From the NCBI RefSeq assembly GCF_035084215.1, contig NC_090338.1, positions 8,122,001-8,186,000 on the forward strand: a stretch of 64,000 bases of DNA. Direction: 5' to 3'. The notes beneath the pieces are model-generated. The model was not told the DNA's origin and made no database searches. It saw nothing but the letters and a program-made list of their open reading frames with translations. The position numbers and the translations under genes are program-made. This document shows positions 47,938 through 59,518 of this stretch, piece after piece (within the stretch, counting starts at the first letter, position 1; every line of letters begins with the position of its first letter). This stretch comes from Heptranchias perlo (Eukaryota).

Positions 47938-48986
47938 TAACGATACAGAAAATTCATGGTAATCATCGCATAAAAATCAGGTTGTGAGTGCATCTGCAGC
48001 AGTCAATTGCGCTGTTATCGGTTCAAATATAAGTAACAAATTACACTGTTTCATGAACTTGGTGGCAATTGAGCGACGCTTTGTTTTGGGTCTTGGAAAT
48101 AATGAAAATCCAGTTGAGCCTAAAAAGCTCCCTGGCTCAAATTTTCGGAATCAGCCCTCTGAAAGATGTCGGAACCGAGTATGAAGAACTTCTCCGCCCG
48201 GACATAAATAAATCAGCCCCGTTCATTTGCTAAAGACGCACCATGTCTAAATTTAATGCAGAACACGATACTGACCTGTTATTATCTGACCTGAAGATTA
48301 CTATACTGCCAATGGAACCAACATACTTCCTAGTTATGTGACATTGCCCATTCACAGAAAACATGCCTTTTTTTATTTTACATTAACTGCGTTTGTTCAG
48401 AATGAAATATACAATCATATTTTGCGAATGTTTGATTTCATGCAAAAATTATTTTGAAGAAACTGAACATATTAATCATGAACTTAATTCAACTAAAAAG
48501 ACTATTCGAAAACTTCAATATGAGCTGAAACCATCGGCTCAAAATATATATTGGAAGGCTTTTTAAAATAAATACTCAAAATCCTTACAAGTATTACTAA
48601 ATTGATTCAGACCTTGGACCGCGCTGCCCAACATCAGGAGGATTCCTCCCATGTGTCAGGATGCTCCTGCTGGTAATCTATAGATTACATTAGGTAAACT
48701 ACAAGAAATACTGAGCAATAAAAAATCGGACGATATGTGTACGACTATAAGGATCACAAATCGATTTGAATTATCAGCGACTATTGATGATGTGGAAGAT
48801 GTTATTGCGAGGAATCTGAGGATTTCTGCTGCTACAGTATATTCCACCGATTTTAGAAATAAGACAGCAAAATAAACTACAATATTACATGAGCTTTTGA
48901 GGGGATTTTAATAGCTCCGAAACATTCCGTTTCTTTATATTACAAATAATTTCGAAACAGTATAGCTTTAAGAACAGTTGCTGTAG

Positions 48987-49025
48987 TTATTGGTTGAGGC
49001 TCTTCGTGTCGCTGTCTACCAATAA
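48987..49025 (+). promoter_or_regulatory. cPcdh promoter CSE (CGCT 49010-49013) of B3
   Basis: TTATTGGTTGAGGCTCTTCGTGTCGCTGTCTACCAATAA, identical to B1. Confidence 0.82.
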
Positions 49026-49280
49026 GGAGCTGAGATGCTGCAAGAGATCTATCCCCTCCCCTTCAGGGAAACACAGAACCGAAGCGAAGAGACAGACGGT
49101 GCCTGCGTTTCTGCTGTGCGGACATGTTTAGAAAAGCTGCCCGGGTTGAGTGTTTTCCTTGCTCGCTTCAAAATTAGTATTTAAATATATATTCGACTAA
49201 TTGTTGTGGGTGAAGACACAAGTTAGTGTAAACTATTGGAAAATATTGTGACATTTTACCAGAAAATCAAGCCCAGAACA

Positions 49281-51674
49281 ATGGCGAATACAATCAGCAG
49301 CGGGGCGTTTTTTATTTTCCTGCTTTGTGCTTCGGACATTGTTACCGGACAAATTCGCTACTCGATTCCCGAGGAGATGAAGCATGGGGCCTTTGTTGGG
49401 AATATCGCCGAGGATTTAAAACTAAACATTTGGGAATTATTGACTCGCAAGCTTCGGCTGGCCTCTAATGACAGGAAGCAATACATGGAGGTAAATGTGG
49501 AGAATGGGATTTTATTTGTTAATGAAAGAATCGACAGAGAACAGATTTGTGGACAAAGCTCAACCTGTTCCCTTTCCTTTAAAATAATGTTCAACAATCC
49601 TTTGGAAATACATCCTGTTGCAGTGGAGATACTAGATATAAATGATAATTCACCCAGATTCCCGAAAAATGAATTCTCCCTGCAGATTAATGAAATAATT
49701 GCGCCAGGAGCGCGCTTTCCTCTCGAGAGCGCGCACGATCCGGACGTGGGCACAAACACAGTCAGCAATTACCAGATCAGTCCAAACGAGCACTTCGGCC
49801 TCAAAGTGCAGACAAGAACTGATGGGAGTAAAAGTGCGGAGCTGTTATTAGAGAAGTCCTTGGACCGCGAGCAGCAGTCAACGTTTTATCTTGTGTTGAC
49901 GGCCATCGACGATGGGATTCCTCAGAGATCAGGCACAACTCGGATTATCATTACAGTTGTGGACTTCAATGATAACGCGCCTTTATTCGATCATGAAATC
50001 TACAGGGCGAGTGTAGCAGAAAACGCCCCCAAAGGTACATTGGTGATAAAAATTAATGCTGCTGATCGAGATGAAGGTATCAATGCTGAACTGACGTATT
50101 CTTTCACAAGTCACGTGTCCCAATCGATTCGCGAGTTGTTCAAATTGCACCCGGCAACTGGAGAGATCAGAGTTCAAGGTGTACTGGATTTTGAGGAATC
50201 AAGTGTTTATGAACTTGATGTACAAGCTGTGGACAATGGTTCTGTCGGCATGACAGGACACGCCAAAGTTGTAGTCGCATTAATTGACACGAATGATAAC
50301 GCCCCGGAGTTAGACGTGACAGTGGTGGCCCGCGCGGTGCGGGAAGATGCTCCCCCAGGGACTGTGCTAGCTCTGATCAGTATAACGGATCCAGATTCCG
50401 GCGAATATGGACATGTACAGTGTCAAATTCCAGTGAATATTCCGTTTAAGCTTGAAAATTCTTTAAGAAATAATTATAAGTTGGTTACCAATGATATTCT
50501 GGATCGAGAAACGGCCCCACTGTACAACATCTCCATTTCAGCTTGGGACGGAGGGTCTCCTCCTCTTTTAACAAGTAAAACCATCTCGGTTTCGGTAACT
50601 GATATAAATGACAATGCGCCGAGGTTTACGCAATCCTCATATAATGTGTATCTGATGGAGAACAATACTCCAGGTGCTTCGATATTTGCTGTTACTGCTT
50701 TAGATTCCGATTTGGATCAGAATGGGGAAGTCTCCTATTCCATTCTGGAGAATCAGATTCTCGATGTATCTGCCTCTGTTTACGTCACTATTAACTCAAG
50801 AAATGGGAACATTTACGCGCTGCGCTCCTTTGACTATGAGCAACTGAAACATTTCCAGATCAAAGTCCAAGCTCAAGATGATGTATCTCCCCCACTGAGC
50901 AGCACGGCCATCGTGAATGTTATTATTTTGGACCAGAATGACAATACTCCAGTTATTGTTTCACCTTTAACGTGGAACAGTTCAGCGTCAGTGGAGATTG
51001 CGCCGCAATCAGTATTTCCAGGATACTTGGTCACCAAGGTCACCGCGGCTGATGCTGATTCCGGTCAGAACTCTCGGCTTTCTTATCAACTGTTGGAGGC
51101 CACTGATCTCAATCTGTTCACTGTGGGGCTTCAGTCTGGGGAAATCAGAGCAACTCGAAGTATAATGGACAAAGACATAATCACAGAAAGACTTGTGATC
51201 TGTGTGAAGGACAATGGACAGCCCAGTCTCTCAAGTACGGCCACAATTTTATTTTCAATCTCGTCCAATGTTACTGAAAAATCTTCTGAACGAACGGACA
51301 CACCCAGACTCTCGGAGTATTTTTCGCCTCTAAATCGTTATTTAGTCATTATTTTAGGATCAACTTCCTTTTTGTTTCTTGTAACCATCATTTTTCTAGT
51401 CGTCGTGAAGTTTAAACAAGACGGAAATATTGCTGAAGACTACAGCTCGACTATTTGTTGTTCCATACCGAGTCATTCGAATGATGCTTTTAATCGGACA
51501 CCTGCAGTAAACGAACCAGTAAATTATACCGGTCCTGTTCAGACTGGAGGTTATCGTTATACCGTGTGTTTATCTCCAGAATCATCGAACAGTGATTTTC
51601 TATTTCTGAAGCCCTGTCATCCTACCTTGCCTTTCAATGACTTGGGTGTCCGTGACACCAACACAAGAAAATAA
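49281..51674 (+). CDS. Clustered protocadherin B3, 797 aa
   Basis: Uninterrupted ORF with the same architecture as B1 (signal, six EC, TM, VCLSPESSNSDFLFLKP tail). Confidence 0.97.
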   Translation: MANTISSGAFFIFLLCASDIVTGQIRYSIPEEMKHGAFVGNIAEDLKLNIWELLTRKLRLASNDRKQYMEVNVENGILFVNERIDREQICGQSSTCSLSFKIMFNNPLEIHPVAVEILDINDNSPRFPKNEFSLQINEIIAPGARFPLESAHDPDVGTNTVSNYQISPNEHFGLKVQTRTDGSKSAELLLEKSLDREQQSTFYLVLTAIDDGIPQRSGTTRIIITVVDFNDNAPLFDHEIYRASVAENAPKGTLVIKINAADRDEGINAELTYSFTSHVSQSIRELFKLHPATGEIRVQGVLDFEESSVYELDVQAVDNGSVGMTGHAKVVVALIDTNDNAPELDVTVVARAVREDAPPGTVLALISITDPDSGEYGHVQCQIPVNIPFKLENSLRNNYKLVTNDILDRETAPLYNISISAWDGGSPPLLTSKTISVSVTDINDNAPRFTQSSYNVYLMENNTPGASIFAVTALDSDLDQNGEVSYSILENQILDVSASVYVTINSRNGNIYALRSFDYEQLKHFQIKVQAQDDVSPPLSSTAIVNVIILDQNDNTPVIVSPLTWNSSASVEIAPQSVFPGYLVTKVTAADADSGQNSRLSYQLLEATDLNLFTVGLQSGEIRATRSIMDKDIITERLVICVKDNGQPSLSSTATILFSISSNVTEKSSERTDTPRLSEYFSPLNRYLVIILGSTSFLFLVTIIFLVVVKFKQDGNIAEDYSSTICCSIPSHSNDAFNRTPAVNEPVNYTGPVQTGGYRYTVCLSPESSNSDFLFLKPCHPTLPFNDLGVRDTNTRK

Positions 51675-52380
51675 TTTATAAGCAATTTCCATGCTGGCAA
51701 TCGCAGATATTTCACTTTAGTGAGGAGCTATCTGTTATGCAGTGAATTAATGTGTAAGTTTTATGTATATGCAAAATCCTCACGTTGGTAGTTGAAGTTC
51801 GAATCGGCCAAATTGCTTGCTGCTTTTCCTATAATCCTACTTGTCCGTGGTGCTGAATATACCTGCCGTTTTTGTGACATTCCTGAGTAGTGTATACTGC
51901 ATTAACGTTAGCATGAAAGCTGACTTTGACTTGATTCACTTTCAGTTTCAATGAATGTGTCACTCTGTCATTCGTCTTTTCGCTGCTGTTGTCATGTTGG
52001 ATCGCATGTATATTAAACTGGTTCGTCTCACAAGGCATAATTTCAGGGCCTGGGATGCATTCACCAGTGACTGTAACGTTTCATAGAACAAAGTCTTTCT
52101 TTCTAATGCCACGCTGAATTAAAAGTTTTGGTTTTATCAGTGCATGCAGTGATAACGTTGACGCGTTTCAGAAAATACCTCTATCTCAAATGTTAATATT
52201 CTCCAAAAATAATTGATATTGCAATTAAGTTGAAGATGTCAAAGATAAATAATTTCTCAGCTTTGCTACAGACTTGATATAAAACATTGATTTGTTGGGT
52301 ATGTAATCTGTTCATTTCATATTGTGTTGGGTACACGGAGCGCGCAAAATTTAACTATAAGTGTGTTCAGTTCCTACTAT

Positions 52381-55300
52381 TTCATAGTATCATCGTAGGT
52401 ACAACACAGGAGGAGACCATTCGGTCCATCATGTCTGTGCCGGCTCTTTGAAAAAGCTATCCAATTGGTCCCATTCCCCTGCTCTTTCCCCATAGTTCTG
52501 TAAATTTTTTACCTTCAAGTATTTTTTAAATTGCTTCTGAAAGTTACAATTGAAGCTGCTTCCACCACCCTTTCAGGTAGTGCATTCCAGATCTTTAAAC
52601 TCGCTGTGTAAAAAAATGTTTCCTCATGTGGCCTCTGGCTCATTTGTCGATCACATTAAATCCGTGTCCTGTGGTTACCGACTCTACTGGCACTGGAAAC
52701 AGTTTCCCCTTATTTACACTGTCAAAACCGCTCATGATTTTGTACACCTCTGTCAAGGCTCTCCTTAACCTTCTCTGTTCTGAGGAGAACAACTTCAGCT
52801 TCTCCAGTCTCTCCACATAACCGAAGTCCCTCATCCCTGGCACCAATCTCGTAACTCTCTTCTGCACCTTCGCTAAAGCCTTGACATCCTGCCTAAAATG
52901 TGGTGCCCAGAATTGAAAACAATACTCCAGCTGAGGCCTAACCATTGTTTTATAACGGTTTTACATAACTTCCTTGCTTTTATACTTTATGCCTCTTTTA
53001 ATAAAGCCCTGAATCCCAAATGCTTTTAAACAGCCTACTCAACTTGTCCTGCCAAGTTCAAAGATTCGTGCATGTGCACCCCCAGGACCCTCTGTTCCTG
53101 CACCCCCTTTAAAATTGTACCATTAATTTATATTACCTCTCTTCATTCTTCCCACCAAAATGCAACACTTCACATTTGATCTTCCATGCATTTGCCCATT
53201 TAACCAGTCTGTTCTATGTCCTCCTGAAGTCTGTTGCTATCCTACACGTTGTTTACTACATTTTAGAGTTTCGTGTCATCAGCAAACGTTGAAGTTATAC
53301 CCTCCATGCTCAATTCGAGGTCGTTAATATATATCAAAACAGCAGTGGTCCTAATACTGAACCCGAGGAACACAACTGCATATTTCCCTCCACTCTGAAA
53401 AACAACTGTTCACCACAACTCTCTGGTTTTTGTCCCCTTGCCAATTTTGTATGCGCACTGCTACTGTCCTTTTAATCCGATGGGTTTTAATCTTGCTAAC
53501 AAGTTTATTATTTGTTACTCTATCAAATGCCTTTTGAAATTCCATATGCACAACATCAACTGCATTACGCTCATCAACCCTCTCTGTTACTTCATCAAAT
53601 GACTCAATCAAGTTAGTCAAACACGATTTTGCTTTAAGACATCAGTGCTGACTTTCATTTATTCGGCTATACTTTTCAAGTGCTGAATTATTTTGTCCCG
53701 GATTATTGTCTCCAGAAGTTTTCGCACCACCAACATTAGGTGGACTGGCCTGTAATTGCTGAGTTTATCCTTCTCCCCTTTTTTGAACGGGAGTATTACA
53801 GTTGCAGCCCTCCAGTCCTCCAGCAGTATCCCCTTTTCTAAGTAGGATTGGAGGATTATTGACAGAGCCTCTGCAATTTCCACCTTTACTTCCTTCAGGA
53901 ACTTTGGATGCATCCCATCTGGACTGGATGACTTTTCAACTTTGGTTACTGCCAACCTTTTAAGTATCCCCTCTTTTCAATTTTTATCCGATGAAGTATC
54001 GCTACATGCTCCTCGTTTGATGCGACAATGGCAGTATCCTCTTCTCCATTGAAGGCGGTTGCGAACTATTGATTTAGTGCCTCAGCCATGGCCTCTGCCT
54101 CCACATGAAGATCTCCTTTTTTGTCCATAATCGGTCCCACTTTTCCTTTTACTACCTTTTTACTATTTATACGTTCATAAAATATTTTTGGCTCCCTTTT
54201 CTATTAGCTGCTAATCTATTCTCATATTCTTTCTTTGCCCTTCTTATACCCTTCTTTAGATGTCATCTGCACTTTCTGTATCCAGCCTGGTTCTCTACTG
54301 TTTTATCAACCTTTCCATTTATCATAAGCCTCCTTTTTCTGTTTAATTTTAATGTCTATACCTTTGGGGAGCTCTCGCTTTGGATGTACTTCCTTTCCCC
54401 CTCTTGGGCATGTGACTACTCTGTACCGGAACCAACTCCTTCTTAAATGCCATTGTTTAATTAATGTTTTGCCGAACAATTTTTGATTTCAATCCATCTG
54501 GTCAAGATCCACTTTTAAGTCACTGAAATCTGCCATCCTCCAGTTGAGCATTTTCACATTGATTGTTCCTTGTCCTTTTCCATAACTATTCTAAACCTGA
54601 TGATATTATGATGACTGTGCCCCCAAATGCTCTCCGACTGAGACATGCTCCACTTTCCCCTCTTCATTCCCCCGAACTAGATCCAGCATTGTTTCCTTCC
54701 TGGTTGGACTGGAAACAGACTATTCCAGAAAGTTCTCTTGGATACATTTCAGGAATTCCTCCCCCTCTTGGCCCTATACACGGTTACTGTTCCAGTCTAT
54801 ATTGGGATAATTGAAGTCCCCCATTATTAGTACACAATAATTCTTGCATCTTTCTGTAACTTGCCTGCAAATGTTCTTCTCTATCTCCTTCCCACTATTT
54901 GGTGGCCTATAGTATATACCGAGTAACGTAATAGCTCCTACATTTTTCCTTAATTCTCATCAAGTAGATTCTTTCTTTGCCCCCAAAACTACTTCACCCC
55001 TTTCCATTGTATAATAGTTTATTTTATCAATAATGCCACCAGCTCCTCCATTCTTTTCTTCCCTATCTTTCCTGAATACCTATTAGCAGGGAATATAAAG
55101 TACCCAATCCTCCCGTTCTTTGAGACAAGTCTCTGTTATTGTCACTGTATCATAGCCCGATGTGGCGACTTGAGCCTGAAGCTCACAAGCCCTATTTACC
55201 ATGCTACATGCATCTACACACATGCAATTTCCCATGTATGTCCTGTCCACAAACAGCAGGACAAATCCAATCTATCTAATTACCACCACATCAGTCTACT

Positions 55301-56966
55301 CCCAATCATCAGCAAAGTGATGGAAGGTGTCATCGAAAGTGCTATCAAGCATCACTTACTCACCAATAACCTGCGCAACGATGCTCAGTTTGAGTTCCGC
55401 CAGAGCCTCTCGGCTCCAGACCTCATTACAGCCTTGGTCCAAACTTGGACATAAGAGCTGAATTCCAGCGGTGACGTGAGAGTGACTGCCCTTGACATCA
55501 AGGCAGCATTTGACTGAATATGGCACCAAGGTGCCCTCCTATAATTGAAGTCAATGCGGATCAGGGCGAAAACTCTCCAGTGGCTGGAGTCGTACCGAGC
55601 ACAAAGGAAGAAGAAGTGGTTTTTGGAGGCCGAAAATTTCAGCCCCAGGTCATTGCTGCAGGAGTTCATCAGGGCAGTGTCCTCGGCACAACCATCTTCA
55701 GCTGCTTCATCAATGACCTTCCGTCCATTATAAGGTCAGAAATGGGGATGCTTGCTCACGATTGCACAGTGTTCAGTTCCATTCGCATCCCCTCAGATAA
55801 TGAAGCAGTCCGTTCCCGCATGCAGCAAGACCTCGACAACATCCAGGCTTGGGCTGATAAGTGACAAGTAATATTCGCACCAGACAAGTGTCAGGCAATG
55901 AACTTCTCCAACAAGAGATAGTTTACCCACCTCCCCTTGAAATTCAACGGCATTCACCATCGCCGAAACCTCCATCATCGATATCCTGGGGGTCACCATT
56001 GACCAGAAACTTAACTGGACCAGCCACATAAATACTGTGGTTACAAGGGTGGGTCAGAGGCTGGGTATTCAGTGGCGGGTGACTCATCTCCTGTCTCCCT
56101 AATGCCTTTCCACCATCTACAAGGCACAAATCAGGAGTGTGATGGAATACTCTCCACTTGCCTGGATGAATGCAGCTCCAACAACACTCAAGAAGCTCAA
56201 CACCATCCAGGACAAAGCAGCCAGCTTGATTGGCACCCCATTCACCACCCTAAACATTCACTCCCTTCACCACCGGCGCAACGTGGCAGCAGTGTTTACC
56301 ATCCAAAGGATGCACTGCAGCAACTCGCCCAGGCTTCTTCGACAGCACCTCCCAATCCTGCGACCTCCATCAGGACAAGGGCAGCAGGCACATGGGGAGA
56401 ACACACCTGCACGTTCCCCTCCAAGTTACACAGCATCCCAAATTGGAAATATATCGCCAATCCTTCATCGTCGCTGGGACAAAATCCAGCAATTCCCTAC
56501 CGAACAGCACTGTGGGAGAATCTTCACCCTGCAGATTGCAGCGGTTCAAGAAAGCAGCTCATCAGTATCTTGTCAAGGGCAATTAGGAATGGATAGTAAA
56601 TGCTGGCCTTGCCAGCGATGCCCACATCCCATGAACGAATAAAAAAATACTCCAATCTCCTCTTCGAGTGCTTCGCATTTCCCCCTGTCTCATACTTCCT
56701 ATTTCTGAACTATTTTGTATTCCAGTGCTACTTGTCCCTCCCAGTCCTCTGTGCTCCTTGTTTCTCCTCTCTCATGTTTCGTTCTGGTGCGCACCACTCT
56801 GTCAAATTAGTTTAAACCGTTCCGTACAGCAGTCGTTAACCTCCCCGCGAGGACATTGGTCCCAGCTCTGTTGAGGAGCAACCCATCCATCTTTAACAGA
56901 TCCCGCCTGCAGCAGAACTGTGCCCAATGCCTCAGGAATCTGAACCCCTCCCTCCTGCACCATTGC
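52381..56966 (-). mobile_element. Decayed CR1 LINE (unit 3 copy)
   Basis: TNLIESFDEVTERVDERNAVDVVHMEFQKAFDRV; VRPQLEYCFQFWAPH. Confidence 0.88.
55226..56647 (+). mobile_element. Nested LINE family B (unit 3 copy)
   Basis: VCPVHKQQDKSN..QGSVLGTTIFSCFINDLP; same 3' end. Confidence 0.88.
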
Positions 56967-57062
56967 AACAGCCTTCTGCTGGTCTCGCTGTAATAGTATT
57001 ATTCAAAGGGAAATGCTACAGCCTCAGCTGGTCTCGCTGTAATAGTATTATTCAAAGGGAAA
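56964..57062 (+). repeat. ~50-bp tandem duplication specific to unit 3
   Basis: TGC.ACAGCCT..GCTGGTCTCGCTGTAATAGTATTATTCAAAGGGAAA occurs twice here and once in units 1 and 2. Confidence 0.9.
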
Positions 57063-57218
57063 AATATCTCTCTTACTTGTTACAGCCTCTGTCACGCACG
57101 TTAGCTGGTATTTTATAGTGAAAACGATAGCGTCAGGATTCTTACAAATTACTAAAAATGTTTTCTAAATATTTTTAAGTTGCTAATTAAAATTTCTGAA
57201 TTGTCATTTTATGACCTC

Positions 57219-57372
57219 ACATTGCTATTTGTGGGAGCTTGCCGTGCGAAAATTGGCTGCCGCGTTTCCTGCTTTACAACAGTGACTCCACTTCAAACAT
57301 ACTTCTTTGGCTGTAACGCGCTTCGCGACGTCCAGCTATCGTGAAAGGCACTGTGTCAATGTAATTCTTTCT
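57219..57372 (+). mobile_element. Deu-domain SINE 3' fragment (unit 3 copy)
   Basis: Copy of 38750-38890. Confidence 0.7.
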
Positions 57373-59518
57373 ATTTAAAGTTTTCACTTGAAGGCCATCC
57401 TCCGCTAAAAGCCTGGATTCAGAATTGATATTTTTGCACGGAGAGGTGACTCTGTGTGATGAATTTGGGCTGTGCAGTCTGCAAATTTAGTGCGCCTAAT
57501 TGCTGAGGATGCATCAGTACCACTCAGTCCTGTATACTGATGGAACATCCGAGCATATTCCACTCAAAAGTTTTTCATTTTTAGATTGGATACTTAAAAA
57601 AAAACAAGGCGCTCTGTGTGTCTCTGTGTGAGACAGGTGTGCGTGTTGGAAATAGATACAGAGATAGATGTCGAGGAAGCAATATCAAAACAGCAAGTTC
57701 AGAATGTACAGAGGACCTTCAGAATATTATAAAGCAATGCTTCAAGACTGGTAAATTAGCCCCGCCCCATGCATAACATGACAATTCCCTCCTTCACTTC
57801 TGACAAACGCCAGGAATCTACCACTGAGCAAAACCTTAGGTTCAACCCATAGTTTTATGGGAAATTCTGCCACAATCATGACTGCAGTTTCACTATCACG
57901 CCCCTAAGTAGAGCTGCATACGCTTCAGATGTGGTTGGTAATAAGTACTTAAGAACATAATAGGAGCAGGAGTAGTCCATAAGGCCCTTCCAAACTTCTC
58001 CCCCATTCAATCAGATCATGGCTGATGTTGAACCTCAACTCCACTTTGCTGCCCGATCCCCATATCCCTTGATTCCCCTGGAGTCCAAAAATCTATCTCA
58101 GCCTTGAATATACTCAACGACTCAGCATCACCAGCCCTCTGGGGTAGAGAATTCCAAAGTTTCACAGCCCTCTGAGTGGAGAAATTCCTCCTCATCTCAG
58201 TCTTAAGTGCCCGACCCCCTATCCTGCGACTATGCCTTTAGTTCTATATCCTCATACTTATGCCTACAATATCACTGATTCATTCATATGGAAGTCTATT
58301 TTGCCATGAATTTACCCGGGCAAAACAACTGGAGATCCACTGATAAATTAAAATAATTGATCAAACAAATGGCATTGAAAATGACTCTTCTGCAGGCTCA
58401 CACTGGACTCCGATCCCCATTTGTGCAGCATTGCAGATAGCTTGGCAAGAATACCAAATTCATAGTGTAAAGGCGCACTCAATCGCAAACGTCTTTTAGA
58501 AAGCTCTTGCCATCTACAAGTTCAAGAAGTAACTTGGAAACAAAAATGTATGTTTAAGTGTTTATGCCACTCCGGTCAATTTCCACCACCAAGGCAACCA
58601 ATAAGCTACTAATCAAAGTCACAAATGACATGCTTTCTAATTGTGAGTGTTGCCTTAAGCCTTCTCGTTGTCCACGACCTATCTGAAGCTTTTGACATGC
58701 TAGACCAGAATATGCTCTCCGAACATCTCTGCTGTGTTGTCATGCTCAGTGTGACTTCCCTCGGTTGTTTCCACTCCTAACTATCCTGTGATACCTCGAC
58801 GATATGCAACACTGGCTTATCTGACTGTCCCCACCTTGCTACCTCTTTTGGACTGCACGGATCAACCTTTTCCCCTTACTGTTCCTTAACTACATACTGC
58901 TTCTTGTTGACATCATCCATAGAAATGGGGTCCGCTTCCACATATTATGTTGTCGACAAGCAGATATACATTTCCACCACCGCTCTCAATCACGAAACTG
59001 CCTCTATGTAGCTGGATTGCTTGACGGACATTCAGTCTGGGATGAGCTGGAATTTCCTCGACTGAAACATTGGGAAGACGAAAGGCGTCGACGGTATTCT
59101 CCAGCTGCAAACTCGGTATCGTTGCAATTAATTCCATCTCCATGCTTAGCCATCGTCTCAGGCTGAATTAAACTGTTCACAACCTCTGCATCCTATTCTA
59201 CCAGGGCTCTGTTTCAAATCTTGATGTCTTCGCCCTCACGAAGACTGTCTGTTTCCACATTCATAACTTCACACACGACTGCCCCTACCTTAGTTCACCT
59301 GTTGATGAAACCCTCATCCGTGCCTTTATCAGCTCCAGACTCAACTATTGCAGTGCTCTTCTGGGCGGCCTCTATTCATCCACACCCCATGATATTCAGC
59401 TCATCTAAAACTTTGCTACCCATATCCTACCTCAGGTACAGCTCACCCATGATGCCGTTCCCGATGATCTCCATTTACTCCTGGCCCCCGACGCCTCAAA
59501 TTTTAAATTCTCATCCTT

